The position numbers and the translations under genes were made by a program. Positions 28,381 through 36,672 of a stretch of DNA of 64,000 nt are shown in pieces. Each line of letters opens with the position of its first letter. The stretch's first letter is position 1. The stretch covers positions 9,045 through 73,044 of IMG/VR virus record IMGVR_UViG_3300036770_005504, one strand, 5' to 3'. The notes under the pieces are model-generated. The model was not told the DNA's origin. It worked only from the letters and a program-made list of their open reading frames with translations, and searched no databases. Source of the DNA: a virus.

Positions 28381-29067
28381 TTATCGATGACAGTTATTGA
28401 CAATGTTCATAAATTCCAATCTGACAGAATTGTCAGTTTTGAACACCCCTCCAAGTTTACTGGTCACTGTGGAACTACCAGTATCTTGAATGCCTCTACT
28501 TTTTACACAATAATGTTGTGCATCAATTACCACTGCAATATTATCTGTTTCTAGAATGTATTGTAGTGCGTGATAGATCTGTTCAGTCAACCGTTCTTGA
28601 ATTTGAGGACGTTTGCTGAAATATTCAACCACTCGATTAATTTTACTCAACCCTAACACTTTGCCATTGGGAATATAGGCCACGGTGGCTAGCCCATCAA
28701 TGACAACTCCGTGATGTTCACAGTTACTTTGCACATTGACATTACGTTCTACTACCATTTCGTCGTAGCGCATTTTATTATCCACTGTGGTGCACTTGGG
28801 GAAATTTTCTTCTTTGAGTCCAAAATAAATTTCATTGATATACATTTTGGCCATGCGGTTTGGTGTTTCTGCCAAACTGTCATCATTGAGATCCATGCCC
28901 ACAGTTTTCCAGATTGTAGTAAATGCTTGCTCTAAGATATCAATTTTCTTTTTATTCTCCACAGATAGAGCTGTGTCGATAATGGGTGTTTCTACTCCCA
29001 TTTTAATTAGATGTTGACGGATTTTGTGACCCAGGACGGGATCACATTTGGTTTTATCGAAACTCAT
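28381..29067 (-). CDS. folE: GTP cyclohydrolase I
   Basis: ETPNRMAKM, SNCEHH, GLSKINR, RPQIQERLT, H.C...RG. Confidence 0.96.
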   Translation of the reverse strand: MSFDKTKCDPVLGHKIRQHLIKMGVETPIIDTALSVENKKKIDILEQAFTTIWKTVGMDLNDDSLAETPNRMAKMYINEIYFGLKEENFPKCTTVDNKMRYDEMVVERNVNVQSNCEHHGVVIDGLATVAYIPNGKVLGLSKINRVVEYFSKRPQIQERLTEQIYHALQYILETDNIAVVIDAQHYCVKSRGIQDTGSSTVTSKLGGVFKTDNSVRLEFMNIVNNCHR

Positions 29068-29147
29068 ATTTGTTCTCCTTACTCAAATTCTGAGATTGCT
29101 TGATAACGAAAATGTTGAGATCTATCATACCTCAACAATGATATTTA

Positions 29148-30326
29148 TTAATATTTTTCTTGACTAGTATATTTGCGATAATCGACACTATCACGACGCC
29201 AATGATCTGCCTGACCTTGCATAATATCAACAATTCTGTCAATGGTTTTATCAGTCCAGTCGCTGATCTTACCTTGATTTGCATGTGGTGATTCTAGTAA
29301 TTTTTCCAGTTTGTTTAAGGCATCTGTCAATGACCAAGGAATATACATTCTTTCATGGTCGTTAGCAAATGTTTCCGGAAAACTTCGATATGCAGGATAT
29401 AAGACATTGCAGCCTAGTGCATCAGCTTCACTGACTGTATTGGAAACCCAATCTTGCAGAGCGCAATTAAAGAGGACTCGTGTATTGTTTAATAAGGCAT
29501 AGTAGTCATTTTTCGTGAGATTGGTATAGATCTTAAGTAGACCTTGTTGTTCTAACTCACGAGCTTGTGTGACATGATCGAGATTGTTACTACGCAGTTC
29601 AGAGGCACCAGACAGCACACAGAATTCCACAGGCATATTGGGATAACGTCGGTGCCATTCTTTAATCAAGTCCATATAAAAGTCGGGTTGTTTTTCCTGA
29701 TCCCATCGTGCTGCAAATCCCACACGCATAGCACGCTGCTCAAATGGTCTAATGTCTTTTACTCGTTCTTTTACTTCTTCTTTGCCAAATGCAAGACCGC
29801 TGACATTATAGATAGGAGCAGACCATCCGGCAATGCGCATATGCGCTACCATTTCTTCATTGGTGGCCAATACTCCATCTACGAATTCGTTGACCATTTT
29901 TTCATAAAGGCCCATCCATTTCGACATACCCCACACATGAACGAAATCGTCCGGATCAATGGATTGAGCAAGACAGCGGACAAAAATGCGAGGACGCTGA
30001 TCAGCATTAATTTGATTGAGAATATAAGGTAAGCTCTCGATACCGGGTTGAAACATGTCTTCAAAAAATATGACATCATTGCAGTCGATCTCTCCGTTAC
30101 GCATCATTTGAACAAGATTCATCATTTGGCTCATGCTAAAATAACTGCGACCATGAGCATCTAACACTTGTCCTACAGAAATAGCTCGAGTGTTATCTAA
30201 AGTGGACCCAGGCACATATACTACGTTTAATCCTCTACGGTCAAACACACGACGATTCCATTCTGTCAGCTGTAGAGTGTATCTTTCTTGGTATGGTTCG
30301 AGTCCCATATAGATCAATTTTCTCAT
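29148..30326 (-). CDS. GT-B fold glycosyltransferase (GT4-like)
   Basis: FAARWDQEKQP, SEADALGCNVLYP...FPE; start at 30326. Confidence 0.8.
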   Translation of the reverse strand: MRKLIYMGLEPYQERYTLQLTEWNRRVFDRRGLNVVYVPGSTLDNTRAISVGQVLDAHGRSYFSMSQMMNLVQMMRNGEIDCNDVIFFEDMFQPGIESLPYILNQINADQRPRIFVRCLAQSIDPDDFVHVWGMSKWMGLYEKMVNEFVDGVLATNEEMVAHMRIAGWSAPIYNVSGLAFGKEEVKERVKDIRPFEQRAMRVGFAARWDQEKQPDFYMDLIKEWHRRYPNMPVEFCVLSGASELRSNNLDHVTQARELEQQGLLKIYTNLTKNDYYALLNNTRVLFNCALQDWVSNTVSEADALGCNVLYPAYRSFPETFANDHERMYIPWSLTDALNKLEKLLESPHANQGKISDWTDKTIDRIVDIMQGQADHWRRDSVDYRKYTSQEKY

Positions 30327-30544
30327 GCCAGTCCTTCGAGTTTTTTTAGATCTTCGGCCCATTGATTTTTAAAATTTTTGCCGGCTGCATATTTACTATA
30401 TTGTTGCCAGGCATAGCTGCGAAAGTTATTGATATCATTTTCACTATAACGATATCCATACTCACGACAGAAATTGAGATATTTTTCTAGCAGATCAAAC
30501 ACTTCAGATACTTGTGGGTTATGTTGAATTTTAATTTTTGACAT
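30323..30544 (-). CDS. Hypothetical protein
   Basis: 73-aa ORF coupled to the glycosyltransferase. Confidence 0.7.
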   Translation of the reverse strand: MSKIKIQHNPQVSEVFDLLEKYLNFCREYGYRYSENDINNFRSYAWQQYSKYAAGKNFKNQWAEDLKKLEGLA

Positions 30545-30550
30545 AATATA

Positions 30551-30982
30551 TTACCTTGATTGTGGATATTGAATAAAACAACCGTTCTCGCCGTCCTCGG
30601 ACACTTCGATCCAGACATCTCGTTGAGGATATCGAGCCGAAATTTGTAAATAAAGATCGTCGGCTATCATTTCGCAACTTTTGTAATCTAGTTGCAAAAC
30701 ACCTTGTGGGCCAGAATACAACCCTTCAAGCCATCTTTTAAATTGTATGAATTCAATGTCTCGGTCGTCTGTAAAGACATCAATCCAAACACGAAAGTGA
30801 AAAATATGCCTATGAGGGCTCGCCAAAAAACTGACGTCATACTGGTCTCCTGTGGCTAGTAATGGATCTGTGGCAGCAGCCGGGTAACAATGAATACCTT
30901 CTTTTTGAAAGGTCACCCAGATTTTTCGTTGTGCAACAGCAATGGTATGATCGATTTTGATTCGTTCAGAATGTGTGATCAT
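30551..30982 (-). CDS. QueD-like T-fold protein, DpdL-like (putative CDG decarboxylase)
   Basis: LASPHRHIF matches LxxxHRHxF; DRDIEFI..K, SCE.IA, V.EDGENG. Confidence 0.7.
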   Translation of the reverse strand: MITHSERIKIDHTIAVAQRKIWVTFQKEGIHCYPAAATDPLLATGDQYDVSFLASPHRHIFHFRVWIDVFTDDRDIEFIQFKRWLEGLYSGPQGVLQLDYKSCEMIADDLYLQISARYPQRDVWIEVSEDGENGCFIQYPQSR

Positions 30983-31251
30983 GATTTTAATGACTCCAAA
31001 GTGATAATTTTTGTAATAGTATCAGAAATATCATCGCTGTTGGCAATGACATACAAATTATAATTATGTCGATCTATTTTATTGACTTGTTCGGGAGCAA
31101 TAACTTGAATTACTGTGCCACCATTGGCACGGTATACATTAAATCGAATAGGTCGATCGGTCAATGATATATAATCATTGTCCACCGGGGTTGTCAAATT
31201 GCCGAGCAATTCTTGCTTTTTTGGAAATATTTTACGCCATAACTTTTTCAT
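30979..31251 (-). CDS. Hypothetical protein
   Basis: 90-aa ORF with ATGA overlaps. Confidence 0.65.
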   Translation of the reverse strand: MKKLWRKIFPKKQELLGNLTTPVDNDYISLTDRPIRFNVYRANGGTVIQVIAPEQVNKIDRHNYNLYVIANSDDISDTITKIITLESLKS

Positions 31252-31787
31252 AATGGTTGATCTTGGTTGTATTTAGACCAATCAGTAAATACTGATCGAT
31301 CCGTAAGTTGATTGACATAATGACACCATACTCCGGGGTTACTGCAATTAAAATCTCGATCGTCGATTTTTAATACTGCATTATACCCCAGTTGACTTAG
31401 ATACGGTATTGGTGCACTGATCATGGGAATAAATTGATTGTTTTCACACAAACCACTTTCAAGTAGCCCTTCGACTTGGCTGATATTGATATCTAAACTA
31501 CACCAAAATCCATGTGCTAAACAAATTTCGATCATATTTTCCCATTGACTCCAATTTTTGTAGTCGTTGGTAGTTATTGTAATCGGGAAACTGCGATCAG
31601 CACCGAAGTAAATATGTGTGATATGTTTTTGACAATCACTGTCCTGTTTTGACTGTTGAACAATTTCAAGAATTTTTTCAACTGGTTGAACCCCGATTAC
31701 GAACAATGTAGTTCTACCGTAAGCAGGAGTGTGTTCGACCTCTTGACCAATAAAAAAGTCTCTGTCTTGGTGATTGGGTCTATTCAT
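31248..31787 (-). CDS. Hypothetical protein in DNA-modification cluster
   Basis: FF.G.EVEHTP..G..TLFV, HIYFGA, KIDD.DF..SNPGVWCH; coupled to the TGT-like gene. Confidence 0.75.
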   Translation of the reverse strand: MNRPNHQDRDFFIGQEVEHTPAYGRTTLFVIGVQPVEKILEIVQQSKQDSDCQKHITHIYFGADRSFPITITTNDYKNWSQWENMIEICLAHGFWCSLDINISQVEGLLESGLCENNQFIPMISAPIPYLSQLGYNAVLKIDDRDFNCSNPGVWCHYVNQLTDRSVFTDWSKYNQDQPL

Positions 31788-33463
31788 TGATTTTCTAATA
31801 CCTCTAATAAAGTTTCATCAAATTGTGTTTGTTCTTGCTCTGGTGATTCCAGCTCATCAGGATTTTCTGCTTCAAACAATGAATTAAACACAGATTGATT
31901 CGGTCTCATCAGTCGTTTGCCAGTAAATCCTCTTGTGCCGATAATTAGATCAAAACAAGATTCATAGTATGATATACGTTCGAGACTTTTTTGTCTAGTT
32001 TTTTGGCTAAACACATCATCCACAATAGATCGAAAATCAAACTGCTCGTCAGTTTTACCAGACAACATCAGTGGCATTAGTCCATTTTCATACTGTTGAT
32101 TGGCAGTTTGAACTGCATTGATATGATGCCAAACATTATGAGACATCAATAATGCATAGCTAAAACTATCCCAACTGGTGTTACCAATGTTGCCTAATTT
32201 ATTTTTATCTGTGGGCCCATACACACAGATGTCAGAAATTTTCAATAATTTCGAAACTGGGCTGTCATCAAATGTATCATGTATACCATCTTGTAACACC
32301 ACATCACGAAATGCTCTTTGGTCGGTTTTATACTTTTTATCATCGGCAGTGGGTTCCATACGATAAACCCACTTGGATCTATGTTGACATTTGTTGTGAG
32401 TATATAACTGTCCATTTGCTGTGGCCAAAAATGGGCTGGCGCAATCAAAACTGATAGAGAATCGAGGATTGTGATATTTTCTTACTGAATTTTGTATATC
32501 AGTTAATAGACAAGCCCATTCCAGTTTACTGGTTCCTAAAAAGTGCATCCAGTCATGAACTCCGGGTACCAATAAGCCATCATAGATGATATTCACAAGT
32601 CTTTTCAATACCAAATGAACATCACACATGTTTTGGCCACCCATGGCCCAACCATCAAAATGTCGTCCTGGATATTGTTGAGGATCACAATAACCTTTCA
32701 TAGTTTGATACCAATCCTCGGCACTATCGTGATTATCTCCCTGTAATACATTTAGAATTCGTGTGCCACCGTTTTCGATACCACGACGATTGTTGATAAA
32801 ATATTCATTGTTATATCGTGTGGCATCAATGGCTTCTTTGAGTGTGGTGATACCACAGGCTTGACCTGCTGCTTTGTCATGTATTACCCAGGTAGGAATA
32901 TCTAATGTCATACTATAATCAGCAATGGTATCAAGCCATGTCAGCACCGATCGACGACGTTGTTCTGTGTCTTTGAGAGACTTTTGATATTCTGCCACTG
33001 GATCTATTGTTTTGGTACGACCTTTTTTGTTGATCTGTGTTTGAGTTCCTAGTGCTGCAAGATTGGCAATATGTGCTGCAACTTCGTTACTATTAGGTGC
33101 ACGCCATTCACCTGGCCATCGTCCTTTGGCTATTTGAAAGCCACCACTATCACCTAACATAAAAGACCCGGATTCTCTATTGCGGACCATATCCTCGCTG
33201 GGGTCGGATTTGGTCAAGTCCAAATTAGCATGCCCAGCACTATACAAACTCCATTTGTAGGGGAACATAGATTTTTGATTATTAAGCCAATTTAGTTGTT
33301 CCATATCATGAAGTCCCGCGGGCATACGAGCAGGATCTACATAGTTTTCTACTCGCTGCCGACCAATGAAAGTTGCATAAAATCCGCTAATAGCGGGCAA
33401 GAAAATAGCCCATTTGCTGAGACCATTTTGATTCAATTGTCTTTGTGTAAAGTTATGTTGCAT
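31784..33463 (-). CDS. TGT/DpdA-family guanine transglycosylase-like protein
   Basis: DSGGFQI, MTLDIP, NVLQG, GWAMGG, HFLG, SFDCASPF: TGT-fold catalytic motifs. Confidence 0.82.
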   Translation of the reverse strand: MQHNFTQRQLNQNGLSKWAIFLPAISGFYATFIGRQRVENYVDPARMPAGLHDMEQLNWLNNQKSMFPYKWSLYSAGHANLDLTKSDPSEDMVRNRESGSFMLGDSGGFQIAKGRWPGEWRAPNSNEVAAHIANLAALGTQTQINKKGRTKTIDPVAEYQKSLKDTEQRRRSVLTWLDTIADYSMTLDIPTWVIHDKAAGQACGITTLKEAIDATRYNNEYFINNRRGIENGGTRILNVLQGDNHDSAEDWYQTMKGYCDPQQYPGRHFDGWAMGGQNMCDVHLVLKRLVNIIYDGLLVPGVHDWMHFLGTSKLEWACLLTDIQNSVRKYHNPRFSISFDCASPFLATANGQLYTHNKCQHRSKWVYRMEPTADDKKYKTDQRAFRDVVLQDGIHDTFDDSPVSKLLKISDICVYGPTDKNKLGNIGNTSWDSFSYALLMSHNVWHHINAVQTANQQYENGLMPLMLSGKTDEQFDFRSIVDDVFSQKTRQKSLERISYYESCFDLIIGTRGFTGKRLMRPNQSVFNSLFEAENPDELESPEQEQTQFDETLLEVLENQ

Positions 33464-33466
33464 TAA

Positions 33467-34939
33467 TTATTTCCGTGAATAAATCAAGTTACCACAATCC
33501 CATATTCTATAATATCTATTCAATGACATGTTTTGATATTCGCTGAGATCTGGGTCAAAAATTGACAATTTTTCAGCCAGTAAATGTTTTTGAAATTGAT
33601 TTCTCGACAATAACAGACCAGGATTATTAAGGTGAAAATATTTATAATTGGGATCAGACTGTCCTATTAATTCAAATCCTGAATTTTGATATAAATTGCC
33701 GTTAATACTGTTGGTCCATCTACGGTCGGCATAGGATATCACACCGACGTTACCCACCAATCGATCAAAGTAAGCCAGTATTTTGGATAAGCCACCGACC
33801 ACAGTGTGATATTTTTCTGAGCAATATCTCAATAGTTCAAATTGAAATTGTTTGTTAAATCTAGACTTGCCAAAACCAGCAGCTGAAACCAACTGATCTT
33901 GATAAAACAACCCGATTTTTATACCACTGGCAATGAAACCTTGCAAATGGTTTCTTTCTACAAAACTTTGATACAATTTATTATCTATTTCTTTGACTTG
34001 ACATTTTCTTGCCGGTATCTTGATACTGCGCCCTAACAAATGATTTAGTTTGCTTTTTACTATATCATGTTTTACTGGATCAAGCCATTCTGAATCGTAG
34101 ATTTGTATCAAATGTATATGTGATTTTTCGCATTCAATTGTTTTGTCTAGATGATATTTTTTTGATTTTCCCTTTTCCTCACAGTGCCAATATATGCCAT
34201 TGATTTCAATGGCAAGATTTTTGTCTGGGACAAAAATGTCAATCTCTTTGTTGTTGAGAATTGTTCTATTGCTTTGTTCAATTGATGCATCAGTGATAGA
34301 TTGTAAGTATTCTATGACTTCTTGTTCTATTGATGATGTTGAGTGTCTAATTGCTGATATATCGTTTTCTGCAAAAAAGTTTAAAATAGGTGTGGCAGAT
34401 ATTCCTAATTCTTTGGCAATTTGTCCACAAGATTTTTTAAGTTCAAAATGTTGATACCTCAGCCACTCAAGGTCTTTCATTAGATGTAAAGATTCTTGAG
34501 ATATATGTATTTGCTTGTTGGTTGCGCGACCATATTTTTCTAAATTAGTCTTTCTACGTTTCTCAAGTATAGAATCTTTTTTTACTTCAAATCTCTCGAT
34601 TGCACTTTTTTGAATCTTCTCAACAACAGCAGGATCTTTACTGGGATTGTCTACACCATAACGAGACATGAAAGTTGATTTCATTTTTGCTTTGACCAAC
34701 GGACTTTTTGAAGGGTTGTCAACACCATATTTGGTTTGAAAAGTATCAACTAGCTGTTGCCTTATGGCATCATTGTGCATGGGATGACCACCGAACTTGT
34801 CAATATTGGTTTTTTGTTTTTTCTCTAATATGGCAGGATCACGTCCCATACACTTATTGCTACACCAATCCCAATATTCATTCCGACTTTTGATAAATTT
34901 AGTTACCGGATTATTACAGATTTTACATCGCTTTTCCAT
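33467..34939 (-). CDS. Free-standing putative homing endonuclease (Hef-like, PD-(D/E)xK/Vsr-type)
   Basis: C..C and CS..C Zn motifs, KYGVDNPSK repeats, HTH, EIDIF...LAIEINGIYWH, C-terminal SYADRRW...IWDCG domain. Confidence 0.8.
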   Translation of the reverse strand: MEKRCKICNNPVTKFIKSRNEYWDWCSNKCMGRDPAILEKKQKTNIDKFGGHPMHNDAIRQQLVDTFQTKYGVDNPSKSPLVKAKMKSTFMSRYGVDNPSKDPAVVEKIQKSAIERFEVKKDSILEKRRKTNLEKYGRATNKQIHISQESLHLMKDLEWLRYQHFELKKSCGQIAKELGISATPILNFFAENDISAIRHSTSSIEQEVIEYLQSITDASIEQSNRTILNNKEIDIFVPDKNLAIEINGIYWHCEEKGKSKKYHLDKTIECEKSHIHLIQIYDSEWLDPVKHDIVKSKLNHLLGRSIKIPARKCQVKEIDNKLYQSFVERNHLQGFIASGIKIGLFYQDQLVSAAGFGKSRFNKQFQFELLRYCSEKYHTVVGGLSKILAYFDRLVGNVGVISYADRRWTNSINGNLYQNSGFELIGQSDPNYKYFHLNNPGLLLSRNQFQKHLLAEKLSIFDPDLSEYQNMSLNRYYRIWDCGNLIYSRK

Positions 34940-34940
34940 A

Positions 34941-34984
34941 TTGAATACCCCTGTTGTTTATTTATGACTCAGGCGGGTATTCAA
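34941..34984 (-). promoter_or_regulatory. RBS-occluding hairpin with late promoter in its loop
   Basis: TTGAATACCCGCCTG...ATAAATA...CAGGGGTATTCAA immediately before ATG. Confidence 0.75.
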
Positions 34985-34998
34985 TAGGATATTTCGAT

Positions 34999-35724
34999 TT
35001 ATTTAGTAAATGCCGAAATTGCATAGTTATAAGTGGCCAAACCAGAGTTGACAGTAATTTGCATAGCACCAACATCACTGATGCGAATAAACTTGTCGCC
35101 GGCAAGACCCAAGATACCGATAATTTGATTAACAGGCCAAGACCAAGGATTTTTAAGTGTCCCTGCTACGTCTGGTTGAAAAACAAAATTACCAGCATGG
35201 CTACTATGATTACCAAAGTGGAATTTGAGATCATTATTTTTGACTTCAGTTCGAAACACAGTTTCTTCAGCATTGGCCTGTGCTTGCATTTTCAATCTCA
35301 TAATAGAATTAACACTGGGTTCAAATTCAATACACCATGGTGGTTGTTTAAAGTTATAGGTTTTAAGTTGTTCATCTACAATTTTCGATGACATGAATCT
35401 ATAACTATTATGAAAATCTCCCAAACTATTTTCAAAATTAATACCATCTAGTTGTTGGTCAGTGGATCGTTGTGACACACTGAGTTTGGCATTTTCTCGA
35501 TATTCTGGCAGATTCAACAAAATCTTCAGTTTATTAAGATTTGGCATGCCAAATGTTCCGATGAATTCAGAAATTGGTCCAGCAAATTCGCCATGCAGCA
35601 CCACCGATTTGTCCTCGGCCATGGAATAGATTCGTGTTTGCTCTTGTGTGCCTGTGATTTTCAATAGATTAATAAATCCTAGATCGTATGTATGTTGAAC
35701 AAGATCTAAAAGTTGGTCTCTCAT
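34999..35724 (-). CDS. Sliding clamp (gp45-like)
   Basis: About 240 aa near the polymerase; FG...L..L..LL and C-terminal TYNYAIS pattern; AAGGAG RBS before ATG 35724. Confidence 0.7.
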   Translation of the reverse strand: MRDQLLDLVQHTYDLGFINLLKITGTQEQTRIYSMAEDKSVVLHGEFAGPISEFIGTFGMPNLNKLKILLNLPEYRENAKLSVSQRSTDQQLDGINFENSLGDFHNSYRFMSSKIVDEQLKTYNFKQPPWCIEFEPSVNSIMRLKMQAQANAEETVFRTEVKNNDLKFHFGNHSSHAGNFVFQPDVAGTLKNPWSWPVNQIIGILGLAGDKFIRISDVGAMQITVNSGLATYNYAISAFTK

Positions 35725-35755
35725 TACATTCTCCTTGAGTAGTATATTATATGAT

Positions 35756-36670
35756 TTATTTAGATTTAGCAATGACTTTTGCCAAAGTTTGTCCACCTCT
35801 GATAGTGGAAATTTCTCCAGGTTTTTGTATCTCCCACCATGAAGTTCCCGAAAGATCTCGACTGTGATAAATTAAATTGTAGCCCAAATTGACAATTTCC
35901 GGTCTTAACATAGAACCAGGTATATAAGAATATACATGTTGTTCAGTCATTCGAGTTTCGTAACTATGGTCACAATCATTGAAACTAAACGAACAGATAC
36001 CCCCAGGCCGCAGTAACAAAAAAATTTCTTTGAGATATTTTTTCATAGTAGCAAAATCTTTATAATTGAAAAAATCTAAAGCAACTACTAGTCCAAAATT
36101 TCCTTGTGGTAATGGATGTAGAAAATTTTTAGCACTAGAATCAACTACATAGGGCCTGAGACGTCGTTGGTATTCCGGTGGAAATTGTTTTAAAGAATAA
36201 TCGATCAACTCTCGATCGCTGTCGACTAGATACAAAGGGTCACACGCAACCAATGGTCTAAGATCACTAAATGCCATTGGTCTGAAAACTAGACCTGGAA
36301 AAATCCAACTGCTACGAAGTTGAATTTTATGATTAATACGTTGTTGAGTATGATTTTGGATTTTACGTCGAGTATTCAAAATGTAATCAAAACTTTCTAT
36401 CAATACTTTTCCGAAAAAATTTTCACTGTCAACAAGATACTGTTGATGTAAATGATAGTGTTGTTGATTTAGTAACTCCAGTTGGTGGTCAATTTCACAT
36501 AAAAAAGTTTCATCGAGTTGGCAGTATTGTTGATGAATATGGCTAAAACTCTGTGATATTGTGGTTAATTTTTGAAACTGATCAGCACTGACTGGTGATC
36601 TGTTGTAAAAATTGTTCTTTAAACTCGACAGATATTGTCTGTCAGCTATGATATCACTGAGCAATGCCAC
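35756..36670 (-). CDS. SAM-methyltransferase-like protein
   Basis: YLKEIFLLLRPGG, LP...FGLVVA; degenerate motif I. Confidence 0.6.
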   Translation of the reverse strand: MALLSDIIADRQYLSSLKNNFYNRSPVSADQFQKLTTISQSFSHIHQQYCQLDETFLCEIDHQLELLNQQHYHLHQQYLVDSENFFGKVLIESFDYILNTRRKIQNHTQQRINHKIQLRSSWIFPGLVFRPMAFSDLRPLVACDPLYLVDSDRELIDYSLKQFPPEYQRRLRPYVVDSSAKNFLHPLPQGNFGLVVALDFFNYKDFATMKKYLKEIFLLLRPGGICSFSFNDCDHSYETRMTEQHVYSYIPGSMLRPEIVNLGYNLIYHSRDLSGTSWWEIQKPGEISTIRGGQTLAKVIAKSK

Positions 36671-36672
36671 AA

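Noticed and set aside
33467-34984. Group I intron or intein around the endonuclease
   Set aside because: Flanking genes appear complete with their own starts and stops; no splicing motifs seen
34954-35391. 145-aa plus-strand ORF and the many other short antisense ORFs in the track
   Set aside because: They overlap well-supported opposite-strand genes and have no motifs or RBS
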